A stretch of 64,000 nt of DNA from Leptonemataceae bacterium (GTDB taxonomy: Bacteria; Spirochaetota; Leptospiria; Leptospirales; Leptonemataceae): positions 3,776,001-3,840,000 of the forward strand of contig OZ245742.1 of the NCBI GenBank assembly GCA_965227295.1. The letters run 5' to 3'. How positions within the stretch are numbered: position 1 is the stretch's first letter; the number at the start of each line of letters is the position of its first letter. Positions 1 through 12,428 of this stretch are shown here, one piece after another. The position numbers and the translations under genes were made by a program. Below the pieces are notes generated by a model, which had not been told where the DNA came from, did no database searches, and was given only the letters and a program-made list of their open reading frames with translations.

Positions 1-107
1 GGCCGTTCATGATGTTGCGTGCGGAGACCAGGGAGATTTCGTGCTCGGCGGAACGCCCGCCGAAAAGGACTGCTATGTTCTGTTTAGTTTGCATAAGAGT
101 TTTTTGG

Positions 108-238
108 ACACCGAGGATCGAGGGACCGAGGTTTTTCGGAGAGGGCCCCACGTAGTTGAGTGTGATCGGGTAATGAAAATCGATCCAGTTGTCTTGAATC
201 TCTCTTGATTCTTTGCTCGGTTCCTCGGTCCTCGGAGT
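108..238. repeat. MITE/REP-like element, family A copy 1 (terminal inverted repeats ccgagga(t/c)cgagggaccgag ... ctcggttcctcggtcctcgg)
   Basis: ~24-bp imperfect terminal inverted repeats; interior similar to the copy at 1228-1350. Confidence 0.75.
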
Positions 239-250
239 GTTATTCTTGGC

Positions 251-1213
251 TTAGCCCGCCGTGATTCGCTCGCGCCCGTATTCGTCCGCGAAGGCTGCCT
301 GGGCGTGGTCGAAGCCGCCCCGGCGTTCCACGTAAGCTGCGGCGCCGCCGTCGAGGGAGTGCAGGTAACGCAGGCCGGTGCGGCCGTACTCATCGCGCAC
401 CCACTTGTCGAAATAAAATACCTCGCGTGTACGCATGCTGCGCCGGGGCGGTTCCTGGGCCGTGGAGAGAATCTCGCCCGTGAGTTCGTCAAGGCCCAGG
501 CCGGTAAGGGCGCTGGTGCGTACGATTTTGATGCGGTCCTCCTCGCCGGGGCGCACGAAACTCAGCGCCGCCTTCAACGCGTAGTAACTCGCCCGCGCGG
601 CATCTTCGGCGTCGGCTTTGTTCAGTACGAAGACGTCCGGGATCTCCATGATGCCGGCTTTCATAAACTGAATCCCGTCGCCACCTAAGGGTTGGAGCAC
701 CAGATAAATGCGATCGGCGACGTACTGGATTTCGATTTCGTTTTGCCCGATGCCCACGGTTTCCACGAGCACGTAGTCGAAGAGCCGGTGCAGGAGGCGT
801 GCCACCTGAAAAGTGCTGCGGCTCACACCGCCCAGTTCGCGGTCCGAGGCCTGGCTGCGAAAGAAGAGTCGTGGTTCGTCGAGGGCGAAGTTTACTCGCG
901 TGCGATCTCCGAGAATGGCGCCGCCGGAGACTTCGCTTGAAGGATCCACGGCGAGCACGGCCACGGAAAGATTGCGGTCGCTCTGGATGATGCGATTGGC
1001 CAGTTCACCGATGAGCGTGGACTTGCCGGCCCCGGGAGTGCCCGTGATGCCGATAAAACGTCCGTGTTTCGCGCGTTTATCGCGGTCGAGGAGCGCGAGA
1101 ATCTCCGCGCGATTCCGGGCGGCCTCGATGTGTCGGCGGTCTTCGAAGTGCGAAATGAGTCGTCCCACCGCGAACTTCTGTCCGGCGAGTGCCTGTTCTA
1201 CGAGTTGCTGCAT
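251..1213 (-). CDS. meaB: Methylmalonyl/ethylmalonyl-CoA mutase-associated GTPase MeaB (ArgK family)
   Basis: GITGTPGAGKST P-loop, AVDPSS..GGAILGDRTR, VETVGIGQ, NKAD; directly downstream of the mutase. Confidence 0.92.
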   Translation of the reverse strand: MQQLVEQALAGQKFAVGRLISHFEDRRHIEAARNRAEILALLDRDKRAKHGRFIGITGTPGAGKSTLIGELANRIIQSDRNLSVAVLAVDPSSEVSGGAILGDRTRVNFALDEPRLFFRSQASDRELGGVSRSTFQVARLLHRLFDYVLVETVGIGQNEIEIQYVADRIYLVLQPLGGDGIQFMKAGIMEIPDVFVLNKADAEDAARASYYALKAALSFVRPGEEDRIKIVRTSALTGLGLDELTGEILSTAQEPPRRSMRTREVFYFDKWVRDEYGRTGLRYLHSLDGGAAAYVERRGGFDHAQAAFADEYGRERITAG

Positions 1214-1227
1214 TCAAATAGTCTTAA

Positions 1228-1350
1228 ACTCCGAGGACCGAGGGGCCGAGTTTTTTGGGGAGAGTGATAGTAGTTGAACTCGATCGGTTATGAACGCGAG
1301 GCTGTTAGATAAGCTCTTCTTCTGAAACTCGGTGCCTCGGTCCTCGGAGT
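1228..1350. repeat. MITE/REP-like element, family A copy 2
   Basis: actccgaggaccgaggggccgag ... ctcggtgcctcggtcctcggagt, 123 bp, fills the ecm-meaB spacer. Confidence 0.8.
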
Positions 1351-1359
1351 AATTGATTC

Positions 1360-3393
<2,034 letters not shown>

Positions 3394-3444
3394 GTCCGTC
3401 TCCCACCGCCGCAGCGTGCGGATAATTGATGATTCTTATGATAC

Positions 3445-5220
3445 TCAGCGCATTTCTTTCGCGCTGGTATACTCTTTGAGATTCTTATGCCACTCTTTAT
3501 CGAAGAAGTGCTTCGGGTCGAGGACTTCTTCGCCGTCCGTCAGCGCTCCGAATTCGGCGGAGCCCACGAGTTTCGCGTACTTGGCCGCCACGCCTCGCGT
3601 GTACTTCGGTTGCGGCGGCTGCCAGTCCCGGGAGCGCGCCATCAATTCTTCGATCGATAAGTGCACTTCCAGCAGGTTCGCGTAGGCGTCGATCGTAATC
3701 ACGTCGCCGGTGCGGATGAGCGCGATGGGGCCGCCCACGGCCGCTTCGGGAGAAACGTGGCCGACCACCATGCCGTAGGTCCCGCCGGAGAAGCGACCGT
3801 CGGTGATGAGGCCGACGCTATCGCCCAGGCCCTTGCCGATCAACGCCGACGTCGGCGAGAGCATTTCGCGCATGCCCGGGCCGCCCTTCGGGCCCTCGTA
3901 ACGAATGACGATGACGTCGCCGGCTTTGATCTCGTCGTTTAAGATGGCGTCCATGCACTCGGTCTCCGAGTCGTAGACCTTCGCCTCGCCGGTGATGGCC
4001 GGATTCTTCACGCCGGAGATCTTTGCCACCGCGCCGCCGGGGGCGATGTTGCCGCGCAGTACGACCAGGTGCCCGCGTTTGTACATCGGCTTGTGAAAGG
4101 GCAGGATGACTTCCTGATTTTCCGGAACGGAATCCGGGATGTGCTCCAGGTTTTCAGCGACGGTCATGCCGGTGACGGTCTGGCAGTCGCCGTGCAGCAG
4201 GCCTTCTTTTAAAAGCATCTTCATGACCCGGGGAATGCCGCCCACGGCGTGGAGATCCACCGCGAGAAAACGGCCGGACGGTTTCATGTCGACGATGTGC
4301 GGCGTGCGTTTGGCGATCGCCTCGAAGTCGTCCAGCTTCAGCTCAATGCCCATGCTGTGCGCGATGGCGAGCAGGTGCAGGACCGCGTTGGTCGAGCCGC
4401 CGGTGGCCATGACGACGGTGATGGCGTTCTCGAAGGCCTTGCGAGTCATGATGTCGGCGGGGCGAATATCTTTGGCGATGAGGTTCACGAGCATGCGGCC
4501 CGCGGCGTGGGTGCTATCGACGATTTCCTGGTCCGGGTTGGCCATGGTCGACGAACCGGGCAGGGCCATGCCGAGGGCCTCGATGGCCGACGACATGGTG
4601 TTCGCCGTATACATGCCGCCGCAGGAACCGGTGCCGGGGCAGGCGTGACGTTCCACGTTTTCGAATTCGTCGCGGTCGATTTTGCCGGCGCTGTAGCCGC
4701 CTACCGCTTCGAAGACCGAGACGACGTTGAGATCCCGCCCGTTCCATTTGCCGGGTTTGATGGTGCCGCCGTAAACAAAGATTGAGGGAATGTTAAGCCG
4801 GGCGATGGCGATCAAACAACCGGGCATGTTCTTATCGCAGCCGCCCAGGGCCAGCAGGCCGTCCATGGACTGGCCGCGGCAGACGGTTTCGATGGAATCG
4901 GCGATGACGTCCCGGGACATGAGCGAGAACTTCATGCCCTCGGTGCCCATGGAGATTCCGTCGGAGATGGTGATGGTTCCGAATGTTTGCGGCATGCCGC
5001 CGCCTTCGCTGATGCCGGTGACCCCTGCCCGGGCCAGGCGATCCAGGCCGGCGTTGCACGGGGTAATGGTGCTGTGTCCGCTGGCCACGGCGACAATGGG
5101 CTTTTGAAAATCGGCGTCGCTGAAGCCCACGGCTCGCAGCATGGCCCGGTTCGGCGCGCGTCGATCGCCCTCGGTGATGTTTTTAGAGTTCCAGTTGTGA
5201 TTGCCGTTTGTTTCCGCCAT
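3445..5220 (-). CDS. ilvD: Dihydroxy-acid dehydratase
   Basis: [43 protein letters not shown]; start taken at MAETNG. Confidence 0.95.
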   Translation of the reverse strand: MAETNGNHNWNSKNITEGDRRAPNRAMLRAVGFSDADFQKPIVAVASGHSTITPCNAGLDRLARAGVTGISEGGGMPQTFGTITISDGISMGTEGMKFSLMSRDVIADSIETVCRGQSMDGLLALGGCDKNMPGCLIAIARLNIPSIFVYGGTIKPGKWNGRDLNVVSVFEAVGGYSAGKIDRDEFENVERHACPGTGSCGGMYTANTMSSAIEALGMALPGSSTMANPDQEIVDSTHAAGRMLVNLIAKDIRPADIMTRKAFENAITVVMATGGSTNAVLHLLAIAHSMGIELKLDDFEAIAKRTPHIVDMKPSGRFLAVDLHAVGGIPRVMKMLLKEGLLHGDCQTVTGMTVAENLEHIPDSVPENQEVILPFHKPMYKRGHLVVLRGNIAPGGAVAKISGVKNPAITGEAKVYDSETECMDAILNDEIKAGDVIVIRYEGPKGGPGMREMLSPTSALIGKGLGDSVGLITDGRFSGGTYGMVVGHVSPEAAVGGPIALIRTGDVITIDAYANLLEVHLSIEELMARSRDWQPPQPKYTRGVAAKYAKLVGSAEFGALTDGEEVLDPKHFFDKEWHKNLKEYTSAKEMR

Positions 5221-5351
5221 GGTGAAGCAGGATCGGGCGGAACGGCACGGCGTCAAGTCACATCTATTTAGAAGTTGACGCTAATATACACGTGTTAAGA
5301 GCAAACGGGGTGTGTAGTTTACGGCACACCCCGCCTCGATGGATCGATCGG

Positions 5352-5720
5352 CTATTCCTCGACGGCCCACGCTTCTCCGGTTACGGAGTAGTGCGATTTC
5401 CCGAAAATAAACGGGATGTACCAGAAGACATACTCCGTGGTTACGTTTTTCAGCAGGTCGACGTCGCCGCCCTCGGTGACGTCGCGCGCGGCTTCATCGA
5501 ACAGAGTTCCCTGGCGCATGTCTCCCAGGGGGATTACGAATATCCAGTACTTCGTTGAGGTGCCGGTGACACTGTCTTCTTTTTTGACCTGCTTCTTACT
5601 GAAATCGATCTTTTGAGAAGAAAGCACGGCGAAGTTGCCGCTGGAAGAGGCGCAGCCGTTCGTGAGAACGATGCCCGCGAATAGAGTGAGGACCAGGAAT
5701 GTTTTTTTGAATCGGTTCAT
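5352..5720 (-). CDS. Small putative lipoprotein (TRL/Bor-like)
   Basis: MNRFKK + hydrophobic stretch + LTNGC lipobox; C-terminal ..VTGEA strand. Confidence 0.6.
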   Translation of the reverse strand: MNRFKKTFLVLTLFAGIVLTNGCASSSGNFAVLSSQKIDFSKKQVKKEDSVTGTSTKYWIFVIPLGDMRQGTLFDEAARDVTEGGDVDLLKNVTTEYVFWYIPFIFGKSHYSVTGEAWAVEE

Positions 5721-5725
5721 ATGTA

Positions 5726-6055
5726 TTACTCCTTCACCCAGCATTCGCCGGTCACCGTGTAGGTCTGGACGCCGACGCCCATGAAACCACCCTGGGCGTA
5801 CTCCAGTCGCACATTGCGGAGATACGCGCAGTTGCCCTTGTCCTGGGCTTCTTTTGTAAGCAGGCCGTAGTCTTTGAGATCGTTGGTGGGAATTCCAAAG
5901 ATGGTAATGAAACGGTGCGTTGCGTTAATGGCGCTGCTGGAAAGCTTATAGGTTCCCGCGGGAACGGGCGTGGCGCTTACCGTGCCTACCTGGGGTACCC
6001 GGCAGCCAACGGCGAAGCACAGAGCGATCAGCAGAATCATAAAAAATCTGTACAT
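5726..6055 (-). CDS. Small putative lipoprotein (TRL/Bor-like)
   Basis: Signal peptide + AVGC lipobox; ggagg RBS upstream; C-terminal YTVTGEC resembles neighbour. Confidence 0.6.
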   Translation of the reverse strand: MYRFFMILLIALCFAVGCRVPQVGTVSATPVPAGTYKLSSSAINATHRFITIFGIPTNDLKDYGLLTKEAQDKGNCAYLRNVRLEYAQGGFMGVGVQTYTVTGECWVKE

Positions 6056-6166
6056 TCAATATCCTCCATGTTTCAGGACGACATTGAACTGTCCTGCCAT
6101 AGTCAACAAATTTCCTTCCCGGGAGGAGAAATTGATAAGTATTACATAAAATTGAGGAGTTTTTGT

Positions 6167-8113
6167 TTACGTGCGGCCCTGCAACGCCGCCTCGATTTCT
6201 TCCTGGCGGAGCATGCCCAGTTCCACGAGCATCTCACCCAGGCGAATCTCGCGGCCGGTTTCCTGGCGGACGTCGAGAGCGTACTGCAGTTGCTGATCCG
6301 TAATCAAGCCGCGCACGATCAAGAGTTGCCCGATTTCCAGCTGACCGGCCAGCGCGTCGTGGAGTTGCGTCGGCGTGCAATAGCCCAGGCGAATCAATAT
6401 CTCACCGATGCGTTCGCCGATGCGCGACTCCGACTGTTGATTGAGGGCTTCGTTGAGTTGTTCCGGCGAAATGATGCCGCGCCGCGTAAGAATGCGACCG
6501 AGAAAACGATCGAGATCGTTGCTGTGAATCTGTCGCCCGTAGTCCAGGCGGATGATTTGATCGGCGACGTGGTAGTAGGCATCATCGTGACTGATGACGA
6601 TGACGATCTTACCGCGTTCCCGAAGTTCGGGGAGTATCTCTTGATAAAACAATACCCGGAAGTGCGGATCCTGGTCGGCGGCCCACTCGTCGAAGATGTA
6701 AATCGGCCGGTCCTTGAGCAAAGCTTCGAGTAAGAGCAGTCGTTTCTTCTGGCCTTCGGACAGGGCGGTGATCGTGGAATAACGGCCGTTTTCGATGCTA
6801 ACTTTCTGCGTGAGCCTCAGGCGCTCGAGGAGGTCCCGGGCGCGTTGCATGTCGTCGCCGATGATGGGCGGTGCCGGAAATAGAAACGAATCCTGGAACG
6901 TGGCGGCCACAAATTGGCGATACGTCGGAACCAGTTCCGGGGTGATGTCCACCTCGCCGTTGACCCGCACGTTGCCGCCGCTGGCCGCATACAGGCCGGC
7001 CAGAATCTTCGCCAGGGTGGATTTACCGCTGCCGTTGCCGCCGATGAGAAAGTGCACTTCACCGGATCTTAGCGTCAGGTTGATGGGGCCGAGGTCGAAG
7101 TTGCGTCGACGGTGTACGTCGAAGTACGAGTGCGTGAGGTTCTTCAGTTCAATGAGATGCGGCGTTGGTACCTGGCCGCGACGAATGTCCGCCTCGCCGT
7201 CGTCTTCCAGGCCCAGGTGTTCCTGGCGGGACAGGGCGATGTTGGCCTTCGCGTACATGGGAATGTAGGTAAAGATCCATTCAATGGGACCGCGGAGAAA
7301 GAGAATGGCGAGGCACGCGCCGGCCACGACCTCCAGGCTCAGGTTCAGGTCGTCGCGGAGAAAGTACAGCAGGAATCCGATGTACAAAAACAAGAATATG
7401 CGCCCGGCACTGCCTCCGAAGAAGAGGTACGAAAATGCCGCGACGTTGTAACCGCGATACGTCATGGCGGACTTCCGGTAATCCGTTCCGATGTAGGACT
7501 GCGTGAGTTCGGCGTCGAGCTTCAGGTCTTTGATTCCGGTGGTGAGTCCCCGAAAGTGTTCGAAGAGGGTTTCCTGCTCCAGCCGGCTGCGGCGAAAGTA
7601 CTGCAGGGCGACGCGCCGCAGGGATTCGTAAATGAACGTGCCGAGCACCAGAAAGACGACGGCCCCCGCCTGCGCTTCGACGGATAACCACGCGAGGTAC
7701 GCAAACACGCTGATGACCACCGTGGTGTTGATGACCAGTACGGGAAGATTCAGCGTGGCCTGAGAGATGGCGGAGACATCGTCCGTTAACGCGGAGTAGA
7801 GCGGTGAAGCGCCGATGCTTTCCAGTCGTGACAGCGACGACTTCAGGATGCGATCAATCAACTGTTCGCGCACGTGAAAGATGGCGTTTTGGTACAGACG
7901 TACCAGCAGGGCCTGGGAGAAGAACTCGCTGATTGTGAGAACCAGGCAGAAGAGCGCGAAGTACGTGGCGTAGTCGGATTCGGAAAGCGCCGTGACCGTT
8001 TCCTTGATGAGCACCACGAGCATGGCTCCGGAGATACCGCTGATAAGGCCCAGAATAATGGTGATGATCAGAAAGTACGGAGAGTGATTCGAGAGTAAAC
8101 GTAGGACACGCAT
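6167..8113 (-). CDS. Cyclic-peptide export ABC transporter (PvdE/YojI/SyrD family) with C-terminal tandem MshEN-like repeats
   Basis: Multi-TM N-terminus; GGNGSGKST, LSEGQKKRL, DEWAADQDP, ISHDD family motifs; last ~113 aa contain four xLGxxLxxxGxxxxxQLxxAL repeats. Confidence 0.88.
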   Translation of the reverse strand: MRVLRLLSNHSPYFLIITIILGLISGISGAMLVVLIKETVTALSESDYATYFALFCLVLTISEFFSQALLVRLYQNAIFHVREQLIDRILKSSLSRLESIGASPLYSALTDDVSAISQATLNLPVLVINTTVVISVFAYLAWLSVEAQAGAVVFLVLGTFIYESLRRVALQYFRRSRLEQETLFEHFRGLTTGIKDLKLDAELTQSYIGTDYRKSAMTYRGYNVAAFSYLFFGGSAGRIFLFLYIGFLLYFLRDDLNLSLEVVAGACLAILFLRGPIEWIFTYIPMYAKANIALSRQEHLGLEDDGEADIRRGQVPTPHLIELKNLTHSYFDVHRRRNFDLGPINLTLRSGEVHFLIGGNGSGKSTLAKILAGLYAASGGNVRVNGEVDITPELVPTYRQFVAATFQDSFLFPAPPIIGDDMQRARDLLERLRLTQKVSIENGRYSTITALSEGQKKRLLLLEALLKDRPIYIFDEWAADQDPHFRVLFYQEILPELRERGKIVIVISHDDAYYHVADQIIRLDYGRQIHSNDLDRFLGRILTRRGIISPEQLNEALNQQSESRIGERIGEILIRLGYCTPTQLHDALAGQLEIGQLLIVRGLITDQQLQYALDVRQETGREIRLGEMLVELGMLRQEEIEAALQGRT

Positions 8114-8296
8114 GGCCGAAGGTTCGCTGTCGCGATGGCACAGCCCGGAAATGCTTGTGATCCCTGAAGATGTTGCAACTAAAAAAAAGAACCAGGCTGC
8201 GAAACGCTGTTAACGAAAATCGCCGCCAGCTTCATCTTGTCTAAGGTTACGGGAGTATTCAGTTACCTGTAAGGGCCTGGTGAGCTAAAGCTAACA

Positions 8297-9229
8297 CTAT
8301 TCGCTTCGATCCCGCATGACCTCGCTTTGCGTTACGTAGTGAAGTCGATCGTTTTCTGGTTCGCCGCCGTTGATCATTACGGCCAGGGGACGTCCGTCCG
8401 GCAACCTTTGACCGGCGACGAAGTCCAGGAAGTGCCCGTCGGTATGGGGTGAGTTTCCGAAGCCCGCGATGACGTAGACGTATTCGGTGCCTTCCCGGGC
8501 TTTCGTCTCGGCGACGACCTGTTGAATGACGGCGGTCTTGCCCGCGGCGTATGGAAACGGTTCGGCGATGCGATCACTCAGCGCGCCGCCGGCATCGAGT
8601 TCCACCTGTACGCCGTGGATCCATTCCTCCGGAATGTCCAGGCTCTTCGCGGCGCCGCGCACAAAGATGTGCGGCGACGCGGAGACGATATGCGTTTCAA
8701 TGTCGTGCTCGCGCAAATGATCGAGCATCGCCACGGACGCGCTGAAGAAGTAGTGGGAGAGGGTTTCTTCGAAGTGGCGCTCCACCAGTTCCTCGAATTC
8801 CCGGGGATGCGTGCCGGCAAAGGCCTTTGGAATAAAACGATACGCCGGTTCATAACCGGCCTGAGCTTCGACGGCAGCGTAGTCCCGTTGGTAGCGGGTG
8901 AAGCCGTCGTCTCCCAGGTAACGTCCCGACAGTCCGGCTTCGATGGCGACCTGCTGTAGGCCGTGGTACACGACCTGGCCGTCTTCTTTCGTGAGCCCGT
9001 CGGTGATGTCGCCGTGGATGATGGTTCCATCGAAGTCCCAGAAGGACAAAAAGACACACTTTTCCGCGGCGCAGGGATGCTCCCCGTTGCGCGCGAACTT
9101 CTGTACGAAGAGGCGGGTTTGTTCGATGATATCCACTACTTCTTTGGCGTGCGGCTCAGAGGTCGGCAGCGGACTGCACGCTAACATACAGAGAAAAGAT
9201 CCTAACGTAAGCCCACGGATGATGCGCAT
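8297..9229 (-). CDS. HAD-superfamily hydrolase (IB-like), probable lipoprotein
   Basis: WDFDGT motif I, IVSAS motif II, GK motif III; MLAC lipobox. Confidence 0.75.
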   Translation of the reverse strand: MRIIRGLTLGSFLCMLACSPLPTSEPHAKEVVDIIEQTRLFVQKFARNGEHPCAAEKCVFLSFWDFDGTIIHGDITDGLTKEDGQVVYHGLQQVAIEAGLSGRYLGDDGFTRYQRDYAAVEAQAGYEPAYRFIPKAFAGTHPREFEELVERHFEETLSHYFFSASVAMLDHLREHDIETHIVSASPHIFVRGAAKSLDIPEEWIHGVQVELDAGGALSDRIAEPFPYAAGKTAVIQQVVAETKAREGTEYVYVIAGFGNSPHTDGHFLDFVAGQRLPDGRPLAVMINGGEPENDRLHYVTQSEVMRDRSE

Positions 9230-9303
9230 GCCCGGCCTCCACTATTCCATGATGGCGCGGGCGGAGTTTCAGGCAAGTACTATCGTTGCCCGGGGTTATA
9301 ATC

Positions 9304-11433
9304 TTACAGTTCTCTGAGCTCGTCCGCGTATCCGCCGCTGAGGATCGGAAAGCGGTACCACGTCCGCGGGTCCAGGTTTTCGTCGTCGAGATGAAAGGCC
9401 GGGGCGTAGCGTTCGCGTTTCCATTGATTGCGGGACCAGAGCTGAAAGAAGCGGCGAATGTAGTTGCGCAGGGCGTCATCCTCCGGCAGCTGTTCCGCGT
9501 CCGGCTGGGCGCGCAGGGCCTTGAATACTTCCAGCGGCGGCTTGCGGTCGCGAATGGCCAGCTTTTCGATGCGGTCGAGCAATGCGTAGGGCATGAGATC
9601 GCCTTCGTCGGTTTGTTTTTGATCGAGGGGACGCAGTTCCGCCGTGGGCTGCTGGGCATTGATGTGTGACAACTCCGGCACCGTGCCCAGGTGATCGCCG
9701 GTGTTTTCCATGAAACGCAGGAACGCCTGCACGAAGGCCTTGTCCACCCCGGCAATCGGCGCCAGCCCGCCGCTGGTATCCCCGTCCATGGTGCTGTAAC
9801 CCACGGCCGCCTCGGAGCGATTGGACGTCGTGATCAACAGTGAGTTCGTGGTGTTCGCGAGCATCCAGGCCATGGGCGATCGCACCCGCGCCTGGATGTT
9901 CTGCAACGGCAGATCGTCGTCTTCCCAGGTTAACTTACGCTCGATAACATCTTGTTCGATGATGTCGCGGTACCCGTCCATCAACGTTTGGACGTTGACC
10001 TCCCTGTGTCGGGAATGCAGGGCCCCGGCCACCGCGGCGGCGGCTTCGCGCGTGATCGTGCTGGACTGATCCGTACCCTGATAGATCGTAAAGAGCATGC
10101 GTTGTGCGATTTGAGCGGTGACGTCCGCCGCGTCGTCGTTCAGTCCGAGTTCGACCCAGAGTTCTTCCCGGCCCAGGCGTTCCAGGCAAAAGCGTGCACC
10201 CAGTTCTTCGACGGCGTAGGCCAGCATGCGCTGGACGAGCAGGGCGCACGTGGCCGAGTCCGCGCCGCCGGACAGCGAGATCACAAAACCGCGGGAACGG
10301 GATTTGCGGAGATAGTCGAAGAGGCCCAGCGTTGTCGCCCGCAAGAACTGCGTTTCTTTTTTGATGTGACCGCGCAGGTACTCCGGCACCGGTCGGTTGC
10401 TTGCGGGGCGAAGCGTTGCCGGCACGGCCTTCGTTTCTGCGTCTTCCGTGCGAAATCCAACCCGGGCTCCGGTGAACGGCATGGGGCGCTCGTCTTCGTC
10501 CAGCTTCACCACGGGATTTTCGCGTTCCAGGGCGCCGGCGGTGTCGCCCGTGGCGGCCAGTTCCTGACGCAGATGGGAGTACACGCGCGAGCGCAGCGCA
10601 CGATTGCGTTCCAGGTCCAGGGCGACCTCGTTTAAGATGTACTCGTGGAAACTTAGTCCGGGATGTTCGTGCAACATCTCGCCGCCGCTGGCGAAGAGGG
10701 ACTGACCGTCGTAAATCATGCGGCCGGCCTCGTTGCCCAGTAAGTTTACCGTAACGTAAGCTACGCCCAGGCTCCGCGACGATTCCAGGGCGATGTTGCG
10801 GCGGATGCGGTGTTTATCGAAGGCGAAGTGCGAAGCGTTGGGATTAAGTACGATTTCCACGCCACGTTTGACGTGCAGCAAGGCCGGCCGGCGCGCCACC
10901 CAGGCGTCCTCGCAGACCTCGACGGAAATCTTCGCACCGCGGTGTTCAAAGAGCAGCGGCCCGAAGGGCACGCTCTCACCGGACGGGGTGATGTACGCGC
11001 GGCGCTCCGTCTCGCGATCAGCGACGAACCAGCGCGGTTCGTAGTGCACGCCGTCGCCGGCCAGGTTGCGCTTCGGCACAATGCCGCGCACGCGTCCCTG
11101 ATACACAAAGGCCGCGCAGTTGAAGATGCGATCGTCCCTTCGAACGGGGAGGCCGAGGACGATTACGCTCTGCGGCAGGATCTTTTCCGCTTCGGCGGCA
11201 ATGTTTTGCAACGAAACAAAGGCGCGCCGGCTGAGGTCCGGGGAGTGAAAGGCATCTTCGCAGCCGTAGCCGGTGATGCTCATCTCCGGGAAGAGGACGG
11301 TATCCGGTCGTCCCGAAAAATCTTCGTTGCCCGCGGCCAGTTCGCGTAGCGCCGTGAGGATGCGCGCGGAGTTGCCGCTCCAATCCAGGGGCGTCTGATT
11401 CACGGCGGCGGTGGCGATGCGGTAGAGTTGCAT
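9304..11433 (-). CDS. nadE: Glutamine-dependent NAD+ synthetase
   Basis: Nitrilase domain (FPEM, K, VEVCED) plus LSGGADS, QNIQARVR, TSNRSE, PTAELRP. Confidence 0.93.
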   Translation of the reverse strand: MQLYRIATAAVNQTPLDWSGNSARILTALRELAAGNEDFSGRPDTVLFPEMSITGYGCEDAFHSPDLSRRAFVSLQNIAAEAEKILPQSVIVLGLPVRRDDRIFNCAAFVYQGRVRGIVPKRNLAGDGVHYEPRWFVADRETERRAYITPSGESVPFGPLLFEHRGAKISVEVCEDAWVARRPALLHVKRGVEIVLNPNASHFAFDKHRIRRNIALESSRSLGVAYVTVNLLGNEAGRMIYDGQSLFASGGEMLHEHPGLSFHEYILNEVALDLERNRALRSRVYSHLRQELAATGDTAGALERENPVVKLDEDERPMPFTGARVGFRTEDAETKAVPATLRPASNRPVPEYLRGHIKKETQFLRATTLGLFDYLRKSRSRGFVISLSGGADSATCALLVQRMLAYAVEELGARFCLERLGREELWVELGLNDDAADVTAQIAQRMLFTIYQGTDQSSTITREAAAAVAGALHSRHREVNVQTLMDGYRDIIEQDVIERKLTWEDDDLPLQNIQARVRSPMAWMLANTTNSLLITTSNRSEAAVGYSTMDGDTSGGLAPIAGVDKAFVQAFLRFMENTGDHLGTVPELSHINAQQPTAELRPLDQKQTDEGDLMPYALLDRIEKLAIRDRKPPLEVFKALRAQPDAEQLPEDDALRNYIRRFFQLWSRNQWKRERYAPAFHLDDENLDPRTWYRFPILSGGYADELREL

Positions 11434-11484
11434 AGGATTATAATTCAACCACCGAGGCACCGAGCGTGCCCCGGTGGTTATACT

Positions 11485-12162
11485 TTACACCCGCGCGGCG
11501 ACATTGGCCAGAATCGCCGCGAGGATCTCGCGGCCGTCGGTCCCGCCCACCGCGGGATCCGTGGCACGTTCGGGGTGGGGCATCATGCCCAGCACCCGCC
11601 CGCTCGCGTCGCTCACACCGGCAATGTCGTCCACGCTGCCGTTCGGATTTTCGCCGGCGTAACGAAAGACGATCTGGTTGTTATCCTGAAGCGCCTTAAG
11701 GCCGTCTTCGTCGATGCGGTAGTTGCCTTCGCCGTGAGATACCGGGACGACGTACTCGCGACTCGCATTCAGATCCCGGGCGAAGGCGTTCTCTGGATTT
11801 GCGATGAGACGCACGTCTTTGCAGATGTGCTTGAGCGAAGTATTGCGAATGAGTGCGCCCGGTAGTAACTGCGTTTCGCAGAGAATTTGAAATCCGTTGC
11901 AGATGCCGAAGGCCGGTCCGCCGCGTTTGACGTGCTCGGCCAGGGATACCATGGCCGGCGCGACGCGGGCGATGGCCCCGGCGCGCAGATAATCACCGTA
12001 GCTGAAGCCGCCCGGCACTACCAGCACGTCGAAGTTTTCGTGAATGGGCTCGCGGTACCAGAGCAGACGCGCGTCCGCGCCGAAGAATTCTTTCAGAATA
12101 TAGAGCATGTCCCGGTCGCAGTTCGATCCGGGAAAGGTGATGACGCCGGCCTTCGCTCCCAT
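11485..12162 (-). CDS. purQ: FGAM synthase glutaminase subunit PurQ
   Basis: FPGSNCD, PGGFSYGDYLR, GICNGFQ, MMPHPER. Confidence 0.96.
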   Translation of the reverse strand: MGAKAGVITFPGSNCDRDMLYILKEFFGADARLLWYREPIHENFDVLVVPGGFSYGDYLRAGAIARVAPAMVSLAEHVKRGGPAFGICNGFQILCETQLLPGALIRNTSLKHICKDVRLIANPENAFARDLNASREYVVPVSHGEGNYRIDEDGLKALQDNNQIVFRYAGENPNGSVDDIAGVSDASGRVLGMMPHPERATDPAVGGTDGREILAAILANVAARV

Positions 12163-12164
12163 CT

Positions 12165-12428
12165 TCAGGCGGACTCCTGCGTGAGATCGTACTCGTAGGT
12201 TTCGATGACCGGATTCGCCAGCAGGGCGTTGCAGTAGTCGTCCACCTGCTTGCGGGCGCCGTCCTCGTTCGGGGCTTCCAGACGGACCTCGATGTACTTG
12301 CCGACGCGGACGTCCCGGGCTTCACCGTGACCGAGGTTGTGCAGGGCGTGGATGACCGCCTGTCCCTGGGGATCCAGGATGGACTCTTTGAGTTTGACGT
12401 AGACTTTTGCCAGATACGTGGATGACAT
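12165..12428 (-). CDS. purS: FGAM synthase subunit PurS
   Basis: LKESILDPQG, VRVGK, LLANPVIE. Confidence 0.93.
   Translation of the reverse strand: MSSTYLAKVYVKLKESILDPQGQAVIHALHNLGHGEARDVRVGKYIEVRLEAPNEDGARKQVDDYCNALLANPVIETYEYDLTQESA

Noticed and set aside
1..90. 3' end of an upstream gene
   Set aside because: Too short to assign a frame or product
8136..8156. Possible sigma-54 promoter (tggcac...)
   Set aside because: Spacing to a -12 TGC element is wrong and it points away from the adjacent gene
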